Shown here: positions 31,266 through 40,710 of the stretch, piece by piece
Position numbering within the stretch: position 1 is the stretch's first letter
Layout of the letters: the number at the start of each line of letters is the position of its first letter
Origin: an uncultured Nitrospiraceae bacterium
GTDB taxonomy: Bacteria; Nitrospirota; Nitrospiria; Nitrospirales; Nitrospiraceae
Length of the DNA stretch: 64,000 bases
Reading direction: 5' to 3'
Assembly: GCA_963846575.1 (NCBI GenBank)
Contig: CAWJWJ010000001.1
Location: forward strand, 704,001-768,000
Program-made: the position numbers and the translations under genes
Notes under the pieces: model-generated
What the model saw: the letters and a program-made list of their open reading frames with translations, nothing else
What the model was told of the DNA's origin: nothing
Database searches by the model: none

Positions 31266-32144
31266 ATGCAGAGACTATGGCCTGTTCTTGCCGGTAGCCT
31301 GGCGCTGGTACTCAATCCACTTTCGATCCGCGCCGGGGAGTTCGAAGGGGTGCTCCATATGACCATGAGCCATATGGCGAGCGGCGGTGCGAGCGCGATG
31401 GACTGGTACTTGAAGGGTGACAAGGCGCGCGTGGAAATGTCGCGTGGCGAAGGCCAGAAAAATGTCATGATTTTTGATGCCCAGAGTAGAATCATGCAAA
31501 TGGCGATGCCAGGGCAGAAGAGTTACATGGAAATCAGCATGGGAGGAGATCGAGGGGAGCATCTGAAGGACGCGCTTGAAAAGCAGTCGGTCGAGCGCAC
31601 AGGGAAGACCGATAAGATTGCCGGATACTCCTGTGAAGTGTGGCGCATCATGGATAAAGAAACCAATCGGCTGAAGAATGATATTTGTGTGGCGAAGGGA
31701 TTCGGCAAAGCCGCCACATTCTGGATCGATCCGAAGGACATGCGGCGGTCCTCGCAACCGGCGTGGGTGAAGCAACTCATCGAAGAAGGGGGATTCGGAC
31801 TCCGGAGTGTCCACTACGATGCGCAGGGCAAAGAATCCTCGCGCATGGAGGTGACCAGTATCGACAAAAAACGGCTCGATGCCGGCCTGTTCGCCTTTCC
31901 ATCCGATTGGCCTAGGCATGATATGTCGGGAATGCAGGAACGGATGAAGGCGATGCGTGAACAACAGGGCCAGGGGGGCGAAGATCTCTCCAACATGGTT
32001 GAGAACATGAAGAAACGTAGAGCCAGCCCCGACGGTGGGGGAGCGATCCCCCCGGGGGATGCGGAGCAACCGGACATGAAAGAGATGATGAAACAGTTCG
32101 GCGAGATGATGAAAAAGAAGCAGTCGTCACAGGGCGGACAATAG
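31266..32144 (+). CDS. DUF4412-like secreted protein
   Basis: signal peptide, FEGV, Y.KGDK.R.E, TGKTDKIAGYSCE. Confidence 0.8.
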   Translation: MQRLWPVLAGSLALVLNPLSIRAGEFEGVLHMTMSHMASGGASAMDWYLKGDKARVEMSRGEGQKNVMIFDAQSRIMQMAMPGQKSYMEISMGGDRGEHLKDALEKQSVERTGKTDKIAGYSCEVWRIMDKETNRLKNDICVAKGFGKAATFWIDPKDMRRSSQPAWVKQLIEEGGFGLRSVHYDAQGKESSRMEVTSIDKKRLDAGLFAFPSDWPRHDMSGMQERMKAMREQQGQGGEDLSNMVENMKKRRASPDGGGAIPPGDAEQPDMKEMMKQFGEMMKKKQSSQGGQ

Positions 32145-32160
32145 CGTGAAGGAGCTGGAT

Positions 32161-32970
32161 ATGCGAGTTGCCTTGCTGGGACTGGTGGGAGGTATCCTGC
32201 TGACCGTGAGTTCGTCGTGGGCGGGTGATTTTGAAGGAGTTATTGTTCTGAGGGAGATCGCTAATGGGACAAGCTCAGAACAGCAGTGGTTTCTCAAAGG
32301 CGATCGGTTGCGGTTCGAGGAGGGCGGCTCCGACGGGGAGAAGGGTACCATGATCTTCGATGTCAAGAAGAGCGTCTTCTACAGCCTCCAGCATGACGAA
32401 AAGATCTTTTTGGAGATATCGACCGATCAGGCTTCCACGGGCATGCATGACGCGGCGGACGACATGGTGGTCACCAAAACGGGGCGAAGTGAGAAAGTGG
32501 CCGGCTATACGTGCGAGCTCTATCACGCCAAGAGCAGGTCGGACGGCGGCAGTAGCGAGCTCTGCATTGCCAGGGGGATTGGGAATGCAGCCTTGTTCAA
32601 GGTGGCGAACTCCCGGGACGGAGGCAGCTCCATTTTCCCCGGCTGGATGCGTGAGATGTACAAGGATGGCGGGTTCCCGATTAAGGGCGTGGACCGCGAC
32701 GATCGAGGGGAAGAAGAGTCACGCTGGGAAGCAGTGAAAATCGAAAAGAAGCGTCTCGACGACAGAATGTTTTTGCCTCCTCCGGACTATAAGAAGCAGG
32801 ACCTGGCTGTAATGATGAATGGGATGCGGGGCGCCGGAGAAGGCTCCCAATCCCCTTCCGCGCGGGGCGAGAAGGAGAGGGGCGAGACTGATGATGCCCC
32901 GGACATGGATGCCCTGATGAAGCAGTTTGGTGAGGCGATGAAACATGGACAGCCGGAGGGCGGCCGGTAA
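32161..32970 (+). CDS. DUF4412-like secreted protein (paralog)
   Basis: signal peptide, FEGV, LKGDRLRFE, TGRSEKVAGYTCE, F.PPPDY. Confidence 0.8.
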   Translation: MRVALLGLVGGILLTVSSSWAGDFEGVIVLREIANGTSSEQQWFLKGDRLRFEEGGSDGEKGTMIFDVKKSVFYSLQHDEKIFLEISTDQASTGMHDAADDMVVTKTGRSEKVAGYTCELYHAKSRSDGGSSELCIARGIGNAALFKVANSRDGGSSIFPGWMREMYKDGGFPIKGVDRDDRGEEESRWEAVKIEKKRLDDRMFLPPPDYKKQDLAVMMNGMRGAGEGSQSPSARGEKERGETDDAPDMDALMKQFGEAMKHGQPEGGR

Positions 32971-33091
32971 GGCCGCGTGGTATGGCTTCTCGCAGGCGAC
33001 GTCTGGCGGCAAACGTTCACCCGTCTGCGAAGTGAAGAGCTCTCGCGTTTCAGGAGGGTGTTCGCTCGCTGAGGCACGCATTTCCCCCACG

Positions 33092-33120
33092 TTGACACGG
33101 TCATTCCGGGAGCGTAGATA
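33092..33120 (+). promoter_or_regulatory. sigma70-like promoter
   Basis: TTGACA-17 bp-TAGATA; spacer end GGAGCG shared with the promoter at 33608. Confidence 0.5.
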
Positions 33121-33523
33121 GGGTGAGCGGCCCACGTCCAACTCGGTTAGTGGGAGACCGGACAGACCGCGCGGCTGCCGTCAAGATCTCCCTCAAATCC
33201 CACAAAGAGAGGAGGGTGGACGATGAACAATGATACGACTCCACCTGGCCAGTTCGGCCCGTCGATATGAAGGCGGGATCCCTTGCCTGTCATGCCGGCC
33301 GCTCCTCCGTCGGCCATACCTCACGGTAACAAAGACGCGGCACTCTGGCAGTGCCTATTGCGTCCAGATGCCTTTATCGGAACCTTCTGTCGGCATGTAG
33401 CTGGCCAACTCTACGGATTTGGATCCTGGTAGCAGACGAGGGATTTCTCGCACGTGTTCCTATTTCGACGGGTTGCTGGTGGGCCGTGACATCTAAAGTT
33501 GCACCCGGCGTCCTAAGCGCCCG

Positions 33524-33553
33524 GCACGAGCCTCGAAAAAAAGGGGCTCGTGC
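33524..33553. terminator. stem-loop / possible terminator
   Basis: GCACGAGCCTC / GGGGCTCGTGC stem with A-rich loop. Confidence 0.55.
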
Positions 33554-33607
33554 AGTCTTGACCAGGAACATGCAGTCAAGCGTAAATACCTAGGGTTGAT
33601 TTTAGGC

Positions 33608-33636
33608 TTGACAGAATTTTCTCAGGAGCGTAAGAC
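33608..33636 (+). promoter_or_regulatory. sigma70-like promoter
   Basis: TTGACA-17 bp-TAAGAC. Confidence 0.5.
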
Positions 33637-34314
33637 GGAATTGTAACTCTACGACGCTGTGTTAACCGTGACGAGGAATCGAGCGGTGCGCGCCCGTTCT
33701 TCATTCCTTGTCACTCCTCACACCGGGGAGGTTCACAGATGGAAGAACTTACGCCGCCGGACTAGAGTGGCCCGCAGAGATGTGGGCAGGTGTTTCGTCG
33801 GTCGTGCTGGCTGGTTTTTCTGTTGGCTTGTGCTTATGCACTCTCCAAAATTGGGATGTAAGCCACTAGAAGAGAAGAACCAAGTCAATCGCGAGGCACA
33901 CCAAGTATCCTGGGATCAAGGTATCCCCTGACGAAATCCCTGAATCCTAATTCTCGACCGGGTCTCACTGCAGTACCATTTACAATAAGAATTATCGGCG
34001 TCCCAAGCGCCATCCACGGGCGACCTCCCACCGTAGTGTAGGGTCGCCCGTGGCATTTTGTGCGCCTGCTTCACCTTTGTAACTTCCTGCGAGCCGTGAG
34101 TTCGAAGACGGCTATGATGAATGACAGGGAGTCGTCATCGCCCTGGGCTCGGCTCCTTCGGTGCTCACATGCTGAGCGGGGCCGCTTCATGCGGACGCCA
34201 ATCGCCGTGGAATTGCCGACAATGCTTTGTGATCCAGCCATCAACCTGCCTAAGACGAAGAGAGGGGTATGATAAAAGTCGATAAGGGGGCGTTCACTGT
34301 TACCCGGGGCAAAG

Positions 34315-34989
34315 CTAGATAAGATCGGGAAAGTCGGAAATGATTCCATCGACGCCGAGGTTCCTGAGGCGGCGAATATCCCCCGGATCATTGACCGTGT
34401 AAGTACAAACCACTCGTCCAAGGTTGTGATAGGTCTGAAGCAAGGCCGGGGTGAGGCTTGAATAGTGGAGCCCTACATGGGAGGCTCGCACCGCTACGAC
34501 GTCGGCAACGGGGTCTCGTGGAAGTGTACGGGGGAGTAAGACCATGAGTTTCGCCAAAGGATCCGTTTGTCGCACACGGTGTAGCTCATCGACGAGGAAC
34601 GAGGCATAGATGAGAGGTTCGCGGAAGCCGGTACGTTTTATGGTTGCGCAGGCGTCTTTCCCAATTCCTTCCACCTTGAGTTCAAGGATCAGGCCGATGC
34701 CGCCAGTCGCAACTTCCAGGGCCTCCTCCAGTGTGGGAATGCGTTGTCCGTTGCCTGCATCCAGCCGTTGCACTTGCTCAAGGGACATCCCTGCGACAAG
34801 CCCCGTCCTATTCGTGGTGCGATCGATGGTGTCGTCATGCAGCAGCACGAGATGGCCGTCGCTGGTCTCCCGCAGATCGACTTCAACGAAATCTGCGTGG
34901 AAAGAGCGGGCTTTCCATATAGCGGCGAGAGTATTCTCGGGGGCGTGGCCGGCAGCTCCCCGATGACCGATGCGAAGGGTGGAAGCGAT
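34315..34989 (-). CDS. glycerophosphodiester phosphodiesterase (no canonical start codon)
   Basis: IGHRGAAGHAPENTL, EVD, LLHDDT..RTT, RIPTLEE, ELK, YTVN, GVDGIISD; ATC follows SD GAGGT and no ATG/GTG/TTG lies upstream of the HRG motif. Confidence 0.85.
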   Translation of the reverse strand: MASTLRIGHRGAAGHAPENTLAAIWKARSFHADFVEVDLRETSDGHLVLLHDDTIDRTTNRTGLVAGMSLEQVQRLDAGNGQRIPTLEEALEVATGGIGLILELKVEGIGKDACATIKRTGFREPLIYASFLVDELHRVRQTDPLAKLMVLLPRTLPRDPVADVVAVRASHVGLHYSSLTPALLQTYHNLGRVVCTYTVNDPGDIRRLRNLGVDGIISDFPDLI

Positions 34990-35275
34990 AACGACCTCGT
35001 GTAGGCGACAGGCTTGCGTCTCCCGCCAGGATCCTGTAGTGGATGTTGCGGGGGGAGACTTGTTGTTCTAGCTCTACTTCCCTACCATATTCCGCGTAGG
35101 TGTGCCAAGGAGATCGTAAGTATTCTTATAGGTGGGCAGCATGTATTAGCGTGCCTATCGGGTTATCCGATGATTCTAGGAGAACGGCCCCTCTCTCCGC
35201 AGATTCAATCAATCTGTCTATGTTCATCCGCCGGCACGTGAATGGTAGGTCGCCGGCGTCCGAAAGGAGGCTCCC

Positions 35276-35764
35276 ATGCTTGTTCAAGAAGTGATGTCGA
35301 CCGGAGTGGTGACAGCCAGACGCACCGATTCGGTCCGGTCCGTGGTGACGAAGATGCTGAGCCGTCACTGTGGCGCCATTCCCGTCGTGGAGGATGATGC
35401 CTTGTTGATCGGTATGGTCACGCTGCGTGATGTTCTGATCCCGCTCTACCCTAATTACGGCGAGTACTTGCATGACAACGTCCATAGCCGGGATTTTACC
35501 GAAATGGAGGAGGGGTATGGAGATGTGCTGAATCAGAAAGCGGAGGACGTCATGAGTTTGAATCCTCTGACTGTCTCGCCACGCACACCGGTGCTTGAAG
35601 CGGCCTCCTACATGGGCTTAAAAAACTTTAGACGCATCCCCGTGGTGGATAAAGGGAAGCTGGTGGGTATGGTCAGTGTCGGAGATGTCAATCGGGGCCT
35701 ATTCTTTACAAGAGGACATGTGCCGATCGAAGGCAACGCGGTTGCACAGCCCTCAACCCGATAG
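35276..35764 (+). CDS. CBS domain pair protein
   Basis: VQEVMS, GAIPVVE, GMVT.RD, RRIPVVD.GKLVGMVS.GD. Confidence 0.9.
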   Translation: MLVQEVMSTGVVTARRTDSVRSVVTKMLSRHCGAIPVVEDDALLIGMVTLRDVLIPLYPNYGEYLHDNVHSRDFTEMEEGYGDVLNQKAEDVMSLNPLTVSPRTPVLEAASYMGLKNFRRIPVVDKGKLVGMVSVGDVNRGLFFTRGHVPIEGNAVAQPSTR

Positions 35765-35855
35765 GCGGTTGCGAGAGCTCAGTCCAGGCTCGTATGATAG
35801 GGCCTTCTTACGGATGTACAGTCGGCAGGCTCGAGCTGCGGGCATAGGAGGTATG

Positions 35856-36206
35856 ATGGGATTGGCTGATCAGACATGTGTCCCTTGCCGGGGTGGGGTG
35901 CCGCCCTTGTCAACGGACCGCATCCAGGCGTTGTTGAAGGAACTCGGAACCGGATGGGCCTTGAGCCCCAACGGACATCTCGAACGGCTCTACACCTTCA
36001 AGGACTTTATGCAATCCCTGGCGTTTGCGAACAAGGTGGGTGCTGTGGCCGAGGCGGAAGGCCATCATCCCGATCTCCATGTGGCGTGGGGGAAGTGCAA
36101 GGTGGAGATCTGGACTCACAAGATCAACGGACTCACGGAGAGCGATTTTTATCTGGCTGCGAAGGCGGACCGCGAATTTGAGCCCTTCCGGGCGAGCGCG
36201 AACTAA
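35856..36206 (+). CDS. pterin-4-alpha-carbinolamine dehydratase
   Basis: CVPCRGG, AEAEGHHPD, WTHKINGLTESDF.LAAK. Confidence 0.92.
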   Translation: MGLADQTCVPCRGGVPPLSTDRIQALLKELGTGWALSPNGHLERLYTFKDFMQSLAFANKVGAVAEAEGHHPDLHVAWGKCKVEIWTHKINGLTESDFYLAAKADREFEPFRASAN

Positions 36207-36246
36207 GCCTCTCCCAGGCGTTTTGTTATGACCATCGAGGTTTCCC

Positions 36247-38106
36247 ATGACTGAGAGAGCCAGGGTGGCGCTTGTCAACATGCCGTTCGGTTTTTCGAAG
36301 TACCCGTCGATTCAATTGGGGACGCTCTCGGCGCTGTTGAAGTCCAAGGGCATCAGCGTTGATTGCCATCACCTTAACGTGCGCTTCGCGCACAAGATCG
36401 GGGTCCCGCTCTACGAGCTGATTTGCGAAAAACGCGCGCTCTTCGGAGAATGGCTCTTCTCCTATCTCCTGTTCCGCGACAACCCGAAACGTGCCGAATA
36501 CCCGCGGGTATTCAAGCCGGTATTAGAGCAGATTGCCCGGGAGAGCGGCCATCCGGTTTCGTTTTTTGAGGACATGGCCACACGCACGGCACCGCAGTTC
36601 CTCACCGGAGCGATGACCGCCATCGATTGGAGCCAGTACAAGATCGTCGGGTTTACCTCGACCTTCGATCAGAACGTGGCCAGCCTGACGATGGCCAAAC
36701 TCATCAAGGATTTGTACCCGGAGGTCAACATTGTTTTCGGAGGTGCTAATTTCGACGGTGAGATGGGGTTGGAATATTTTCGTGCGTTTCCGTTCATTGA
36801 CTATGTGGTTGTCGGCGAAGGCGAGGTCACCTTTCCCGCACTGGTCGACCATTTAGTGAACGACTCGATCGGGGCCTGCCCACCCGGTGTTATCCATCGA
36901 CAGCAGGGTCAAACTAAGTTTGAGCCCAATCCGGCTCTCTTCACGGAATTTGCTCAGATGGGTCCGCCGGACTACGACGACTACTATCATCTATTGGCCG
37001 AATTGGGTACGGAGGCGTCGCGCGGTCTGGATCGCATTCTCTTGTATGAAGGATCGCGCGGCTGTTGGTGGGGCGAGAAGCATCATTGCACGTTCTGCGG
37101 ACTGAATGCGCAGAGCATGAAGTTTCGTGCGAAATCCTCTGACCAAGTCGCCCGGGAGATGGCCTTCCTATCGAGCCGCTACGATACGACACGGTTTCGC
37201 CTGGTCGACAATATCATCGACATGAAATATATCGAACAGCTGTTCGGCACTTTTGCGGAGGACCGTCGCGATCTTGACGTGTTTATCGAGACGAAAAGCA
37301 ATTTGCAGAAGCATCAGATCCGCCAGTTGGCCGCGGGCGGGGTGAAATGCATGCAGCCGGGTTTGGAGAGCCTCAGCCAGCCGCAATTGCGCGCGATGGA
37401 CAAGGGCGTGACTCCGATGCAAAACCTGGTGTGTTTGAAGTGGTGCTTTTACTACCGGGTGGCCGTATCCTGGAATATTCTTCTGGGTTTTCCGGGAGAG
37501 ACCAATGATGACTACCGCCGCCAGATCGACTTGCTGCCGTCCCTGTTTCATCTCCAGCCGCCTGAAGGAGCGGGGAAGTTCTGGTTGGAGCGGTTCAGTC
37601 CGTACCATACCCGCCCGCACGAGTACGGCATCCGGATTACCGGTCCTGGTATGGCGTACTCCTACGTATACGATGCGAGGCAGGTGGATCTGACCAAGAT
37701 TTCCTATGACTTTGAGTACGAATTGGATGATTGGCCGGTCGATCCCCACGTCTATCAGGAATTGATGGAGACCGTGCAAGAATGGCAGCGACGGGCCGCC
37801 TCGTCGGACAAGCCGTTCCTGTATTATTCCAAAGCGTTCGACTATGTGACGGTGTACGACGGACGCACGGTGTCGGCTCCGACGCGTGAACGATTCGACT
37901 GGCCAGGCTCGGCGATCATCGATCTATGCAATGAAGCGCCCAGATCGCTGGACCATCTGCGGAGCGCGCTGCTGGAACAAGCCGAAGGCAAGGTCTCAGA
38001 GACTGTTTTGCAGGAATCGCTCACCCGATTGACGCAGAAGCGGATCCTTTATGAGGAGCGGGGGAAATACTTTACGCTGGCCATTCCCGAACATCCCTAC
38101 TGTTGA
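36247..38106 (+). CDS. B12-binding radical SAM protein, RiPP-maturation methyltransferase type
   Basis: N-terminal MPF...PSIQLG, GGAN, GEGE B12-binding region; SRGCWWGEKHHCTFCGLN (CX7CX2C), QPGLES, WNILLGFPGE, RFSPY. Confidence 0.9.
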   Translation: MTERARVALVNMPFGFSKYPSIQLGTLSALLKSKGISVDCHHLNVRFAHKIGVPLYELICEKRALFGEWLFSYLLFRDNPKRAEYPRVFKPVLEQIARESGHPVSFFEDMATRTAPQFLTGAMTAIDWSQYKIVGFTSTFDQNVASLTMAKLIKDLYPEVNIVFGGANFDGEMGLEYFRAFPFIDYVVVGEGEVTFPALVDHLVNDSIGACPPGVIHRQQGQTKFEPNPALFTEFAQMGPPDYDDYYHLLAELGTEASRGLDRILLYEGSRGCWWGEKHHCTFCGLNAQSMKFRAKSSDQVAREMAFLSSRYDTTRFRLVDNIIDMKYIEQLFGTFAEDRRDLDVFIETKSNLQKHQIRQLAAGGVKCMQPGLESLSQPQLRAMDKGVTPMQNLVCLKWCFYYRVAVSWNILLGFPGETNDDYRRQIDLLPSLFHLQPPEGAGKFWLERFSPYHTRPHEYGIRITGPGMAYSYVYDARQVDLTKISYDFEYELDDWPVDPHVYQELMETVQEWQRRAASSDKPFLYYSKAFDYVTVYDGRTVSAPTRERFDWPGSAIIDLCNEAPRSLDHLRSALLEQAEGKVSETVLQESLTRLTQKRILYEERGKYFTLAIPEHPYC

Positions 38107-38143
38107 GCGTGCCTTGCTAACGGCTGGAACTGCTTCCGCCCAC

Positions 38144-38476
38144 CTACATCGACAATTTTTCAGCGACATTTCTCATCTGTACGCCATGCACGAGTGACGC
38201 GCCGCCGCGAATTGCACAGGCGACATGCACGGCTTCGGTCATCTCTTCCGTGTTCGATCCCTTTTCAAGGCAGGCTTGCGTGTAGGCATCAATGCAATAG
38301 GGGCACTGGACGGCATGCGCCACGCCAAGCGCTATGAGCGCCTTTTCGCGTTCCGTCAATGCGCCTTCGGCAAAGACAGCCGTGTAGTAGCTCATGAATT
38401 TTTCCCACAGGACCGGATTGCTTTTACCGATGTCTCCGAATTTTTCGAGATCCTTCGAATGATAATAGCAGTTCAT
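38144..38476 (-). CDS. carboxymuconolactone decarboxylase / AhpD-like peroxidase
   Basis: GALTEREKALIAL.VAHAVQCPYCIDAY, GGASLVHGVQM. Confidence 0.88.
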   Translation of the reverse strand: MNCYYHSKDLEKFGDIGKSNPVLWEKFMSYYTAVFAEGALTEREKALIALGVAHAVQCPYCIDAYTQACLEKGSNTEEMTEAVHVACAIRGGASLVHGVQMRNVAEKLSM

Positions 38477-38563
38477 GGACAACCTCACAGCTAGGGAACG
38501 TGCTGAGTGCTTGGAGGAGAGACCTGGAATTCTTCATGGGTCGCAACTCAATTCGCGATGCTG

Positions 38564-38833
38564 CTAAGCATTTCCTTGGGGGGCTCCGTCAGTCTGAGCC
38601 AAATCGGCTGAAAACCGGTGCCCCACGATGGTGGTGACTTTGCTCATCAACTCCCCGAGCTCTTTCCACTCCTCTGCACTCAGGTCGGCCTTGATTTGAG
38701 GGTGAATGGCCCACTCGGCGTTTACAAGCTGTCCTTTTCTTGAGACGTGCACGTGTAACAGTTCTACGTCCCAAACATCCTGAGTTTTTGATGGAGCTGC
38801 GCCCGGTTTCTGCGGGGGGACTTGGGTGGCCAT
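38564..38833 (-). CDS. hypothetical protein
   Basis: SD AAGGAG before ATG 38833 (MATQVPPQ...); 89 aa. Confidence 0.7.
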   Translation of the reverse strand: MATQVPPQKPGAAPSKTQDVWDVELLHVHVSRKGQLVNAEWAIHPQIKADLSAEEWKELGELMSKVTTIVGHRFSADLAQTDGAPQGNA

Positions 38834-38973
38834 AGTATCAAAACTCCTTCGTTCTCGCACGTGAGCCTGGATGATACCGCATCGATCGCAGCGCTGTACA
38901 TCGGCGTGCCCGCATCGTTTTTCTCCAGCTATCGGAGTGAGTAGGAAGAGCCATCCCTGTCGACGAAGGCTGA

Positions 38974-39795
38974 TCAGTGGCAAGCTGAGTGAGGCCGGAG
39001 TATGTCCAATAGCGCCTCGTGAATAAGCCCATTCGTGGCGACAAGTTCCTGGCCATGGATAGAAAACGGTTTCTTGGTAATTCCGGAGACCATTCCGCCG
39101 GCCTCTCTGAGAATCACAATTCCTGCCGCCATGTCCCAAGGGCTGAGACGCACTTCCCAATAACCATCGAATCGCCCGGTAGCGACATAACAAAGGTCCA
39201 ACGCGGCTGAACCAGTGCGTCGCATCCCCTGGGCTTGGAGGGAAACGCGCGAGAAGTGATCGAGGTTATTATCGGGTGTATCCCGGATGTTGTAGGCAAA
39301 CCCGGTGACCATCAATGATTTGTCGAGCGTCTGAATGGCAGAGACGTGAATCGGCTCCCCGTTCAGACAAGCGCCTTCCCCTCGCGCAGCCGTGAACATT
39401 TCGTCTCGCACCGGGTCTAGCACAACACCCACGATGCACTCCCCGTCACGCTCGACCGCGATTGACACTGAATAAAAGGGGAACCCGTGGGCGAAGTTGG
39501 TTGTCCCATCGAGTGGATCAATCACCCATTGGTAGCGTGAGTCGACTCCTCCGCCTCGCCCGCCCTCTTCAGCAAGAATGCGGTGCGAAGGATGAGCTGC
39601 CAGAATTATTTGGACGATGCAGTCCTCCGCCCGTCGGTCCGCATCGGTCACGAGATTAATCGCGCCCTTGTATTCGATGCGAAATCCATCCCGTGCCTGT
39701 TCCTTCAGTAGCGTTCCTGCTGCGCGTGCCGCTCGCATCGCTGTTTCGAGCAAAACTGACTGATCTAGGAGGGGCTGGGAATTCAGATCAAGCAT
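38974..39795 (-). CDS. suhB: inositol monophosphatase family protein
   Basis: LVTDAD, WVIDPLDGTTNF.HG, GSAALDLCYVA.GR, WDMAAG. Confidence 0.93.
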   Translation of the reverse strand: MLDLNSQPLLDQSVLLETAMRAARAAGTLLKEQARDGFRIEYKGAINLVTDADRRAEDCIVQIILAAHPSHRILAEEGGRGGGVDSRYQWVIDPLDGTTNFAHGFPFYSVSIAVERDGECIVGVVLDPVRDEMFTAARGEGACLNGEPIHVSAIQTLDKSLMVTGFAYNIRDTPDNNLDHFSRVSLQAQGMRRTGSAALDLCYVATGRFDGYWEVRLSPWDMAAGIVILREAGGMVSGITKKPFSIHGQELVATNGLIHEALLDILRPHSACH

Positions 39796-39983
39796 TACTT
39801 GTTACTCCTCTGGTGGCTGGTGCTAACGAGCCAGAACGGTGTAGGTCGCCCATAAGTATCATAACATATTGATTTATATAGATGTTAGTAGTGCTTCATC
39901 TTTTGCGGCAAGGCTTGATATAACATTGAGTGCATTCTAATTGTGCATGCATGTAATGCGATCAAATAGTAACATGCAGTGAC

Positions 39984-40012
39984 TTGACAGAAAACGATTC
40001 ACTTGCTATAAA
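39984..40012 (+). promoter_or_regulatory. near-consensus sigma70 promoter
   Basis: TTGACA-17 bp-TATAAA with TG extension; IHF-like AATCAA-N4-TTA on the minus strand at 39862-39874. Confidence 0.75.
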
Positions 40013-40040
40013 GCAAGTATGCTTTGTAAAGGACTTGCTT

Positions 40041-40550
40041 GTGGAAGAATTGACTGACATTCTGGTCGGCCTAGAACAGCGGATCAGCGCCTATCGGAAC
40101 CGCTATCAAGAGCTCGAGAAAAAGCGGCGGCGGCTCGATGACGAGATCGCCATGATCAGAAAATATCTGGAACTAGCCGAAACCCTCTATCGAGTTGAAG
40201 CAGACAAGGCAAAGCTAGCCAGTCTTTCCAGCCAAATCATCACCGATGAAAAAGGCATCCGTCCGCTTCCGGTCACGGATGTCACGGATCAATCGCGCGA
40301 GATTTTGCTTGGGAAAAGCAAGTATGTAGGAAAGAGTGTTCCCGAGGCTGCGTATCAGATCCTTCGGGAAGCCAGCCGTCCAATGCATGCAAAAGAATTA
40401 TTGCAGCGTCTATTGGAGGGAGGGTTACAGATCAAGGGAAAAACACCGTTAACATCGGTGGCCACGTCGTTGAAGCGGGATAAGCGGTTTCAGAAGGTCG
40501 GCCCCAATACCTTTGCTGTCATGACCCAGGAACTGACAGCGGTCGTATAG
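40041..40550 (+). CDS. coiled-coil plus C-terminal winged-helix (HARE-HTH-like) protein
   Basis: N-terminal heptad-rich helix; EAAYQILREASRPMHAKELL...G...GKTP..SV...L.RDKRF.KVGPNTF; GTG start after AAAGGA. Confidence 0.8.
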   Translation: MEELTDILVGLEQRISAYRNRYQELEKKRRRLDDEIAMIRKYLELAETLYRVEADKAKLASLSSQIITDEKGIRPLPVTDVTDQSREILLGKSKYVGKSVPEAAYQILREASRPMHAKELLQRLLEGGLQIKGKTPLTSVATSLKRDKRFQKVGPNTFAVMTQELTAVV

Positions 40551-40598
40551 GGGGGGAATGTCACGTCAACTTTAAAAGTGTGAAGGGAGGTGAGAGTC

Positions 40599-40655
40599 TT
40601 GGCAACGAAGAAGGCAGCGAAGAAACCAGCGAAGAAGACCGCAAAGAAGAAGTAA
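40599..40655 (+). CDS. 18-aa histone-H1-like Lys/Ala micropeptide MATKKAAKKPAKKTAKKK
   Basis: strong SD GGGAGGTGA, TTG start, TAA stop, followed closely by a terminator. Confidence 0.7.
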   Translation: MATKKAAKKPAKKTAKKK

Positions 40656-40672
40656 GTCCCACCAGGATTTAC

Positions 40673-40710
40673 ACGCCGGGGGTAAGGCCACTTATCCCCG
40701 GCGTTTTTTT
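40673..40710 (+). terminator. intrinsic terminator
   Basis: ACGCCGGGGGTAAG-GCCA-CTTATCCCCGGCGT followed by a T run. Confidence 0.85.

Noticed and set aside
33223..33432. Selenocysteine readthrough of the TGA at 33268
   Set aside because: No recognisable bacterial SECIS or redox motif, and the extended peptide matches nothing I recognise.
39984..40040. TTG start for the wHTH gene given in the ORF track
   Set aside because: The TTG is part of a TTGACA -35 box; GTG at 40041 has an SD and lies downstream of the promoter.
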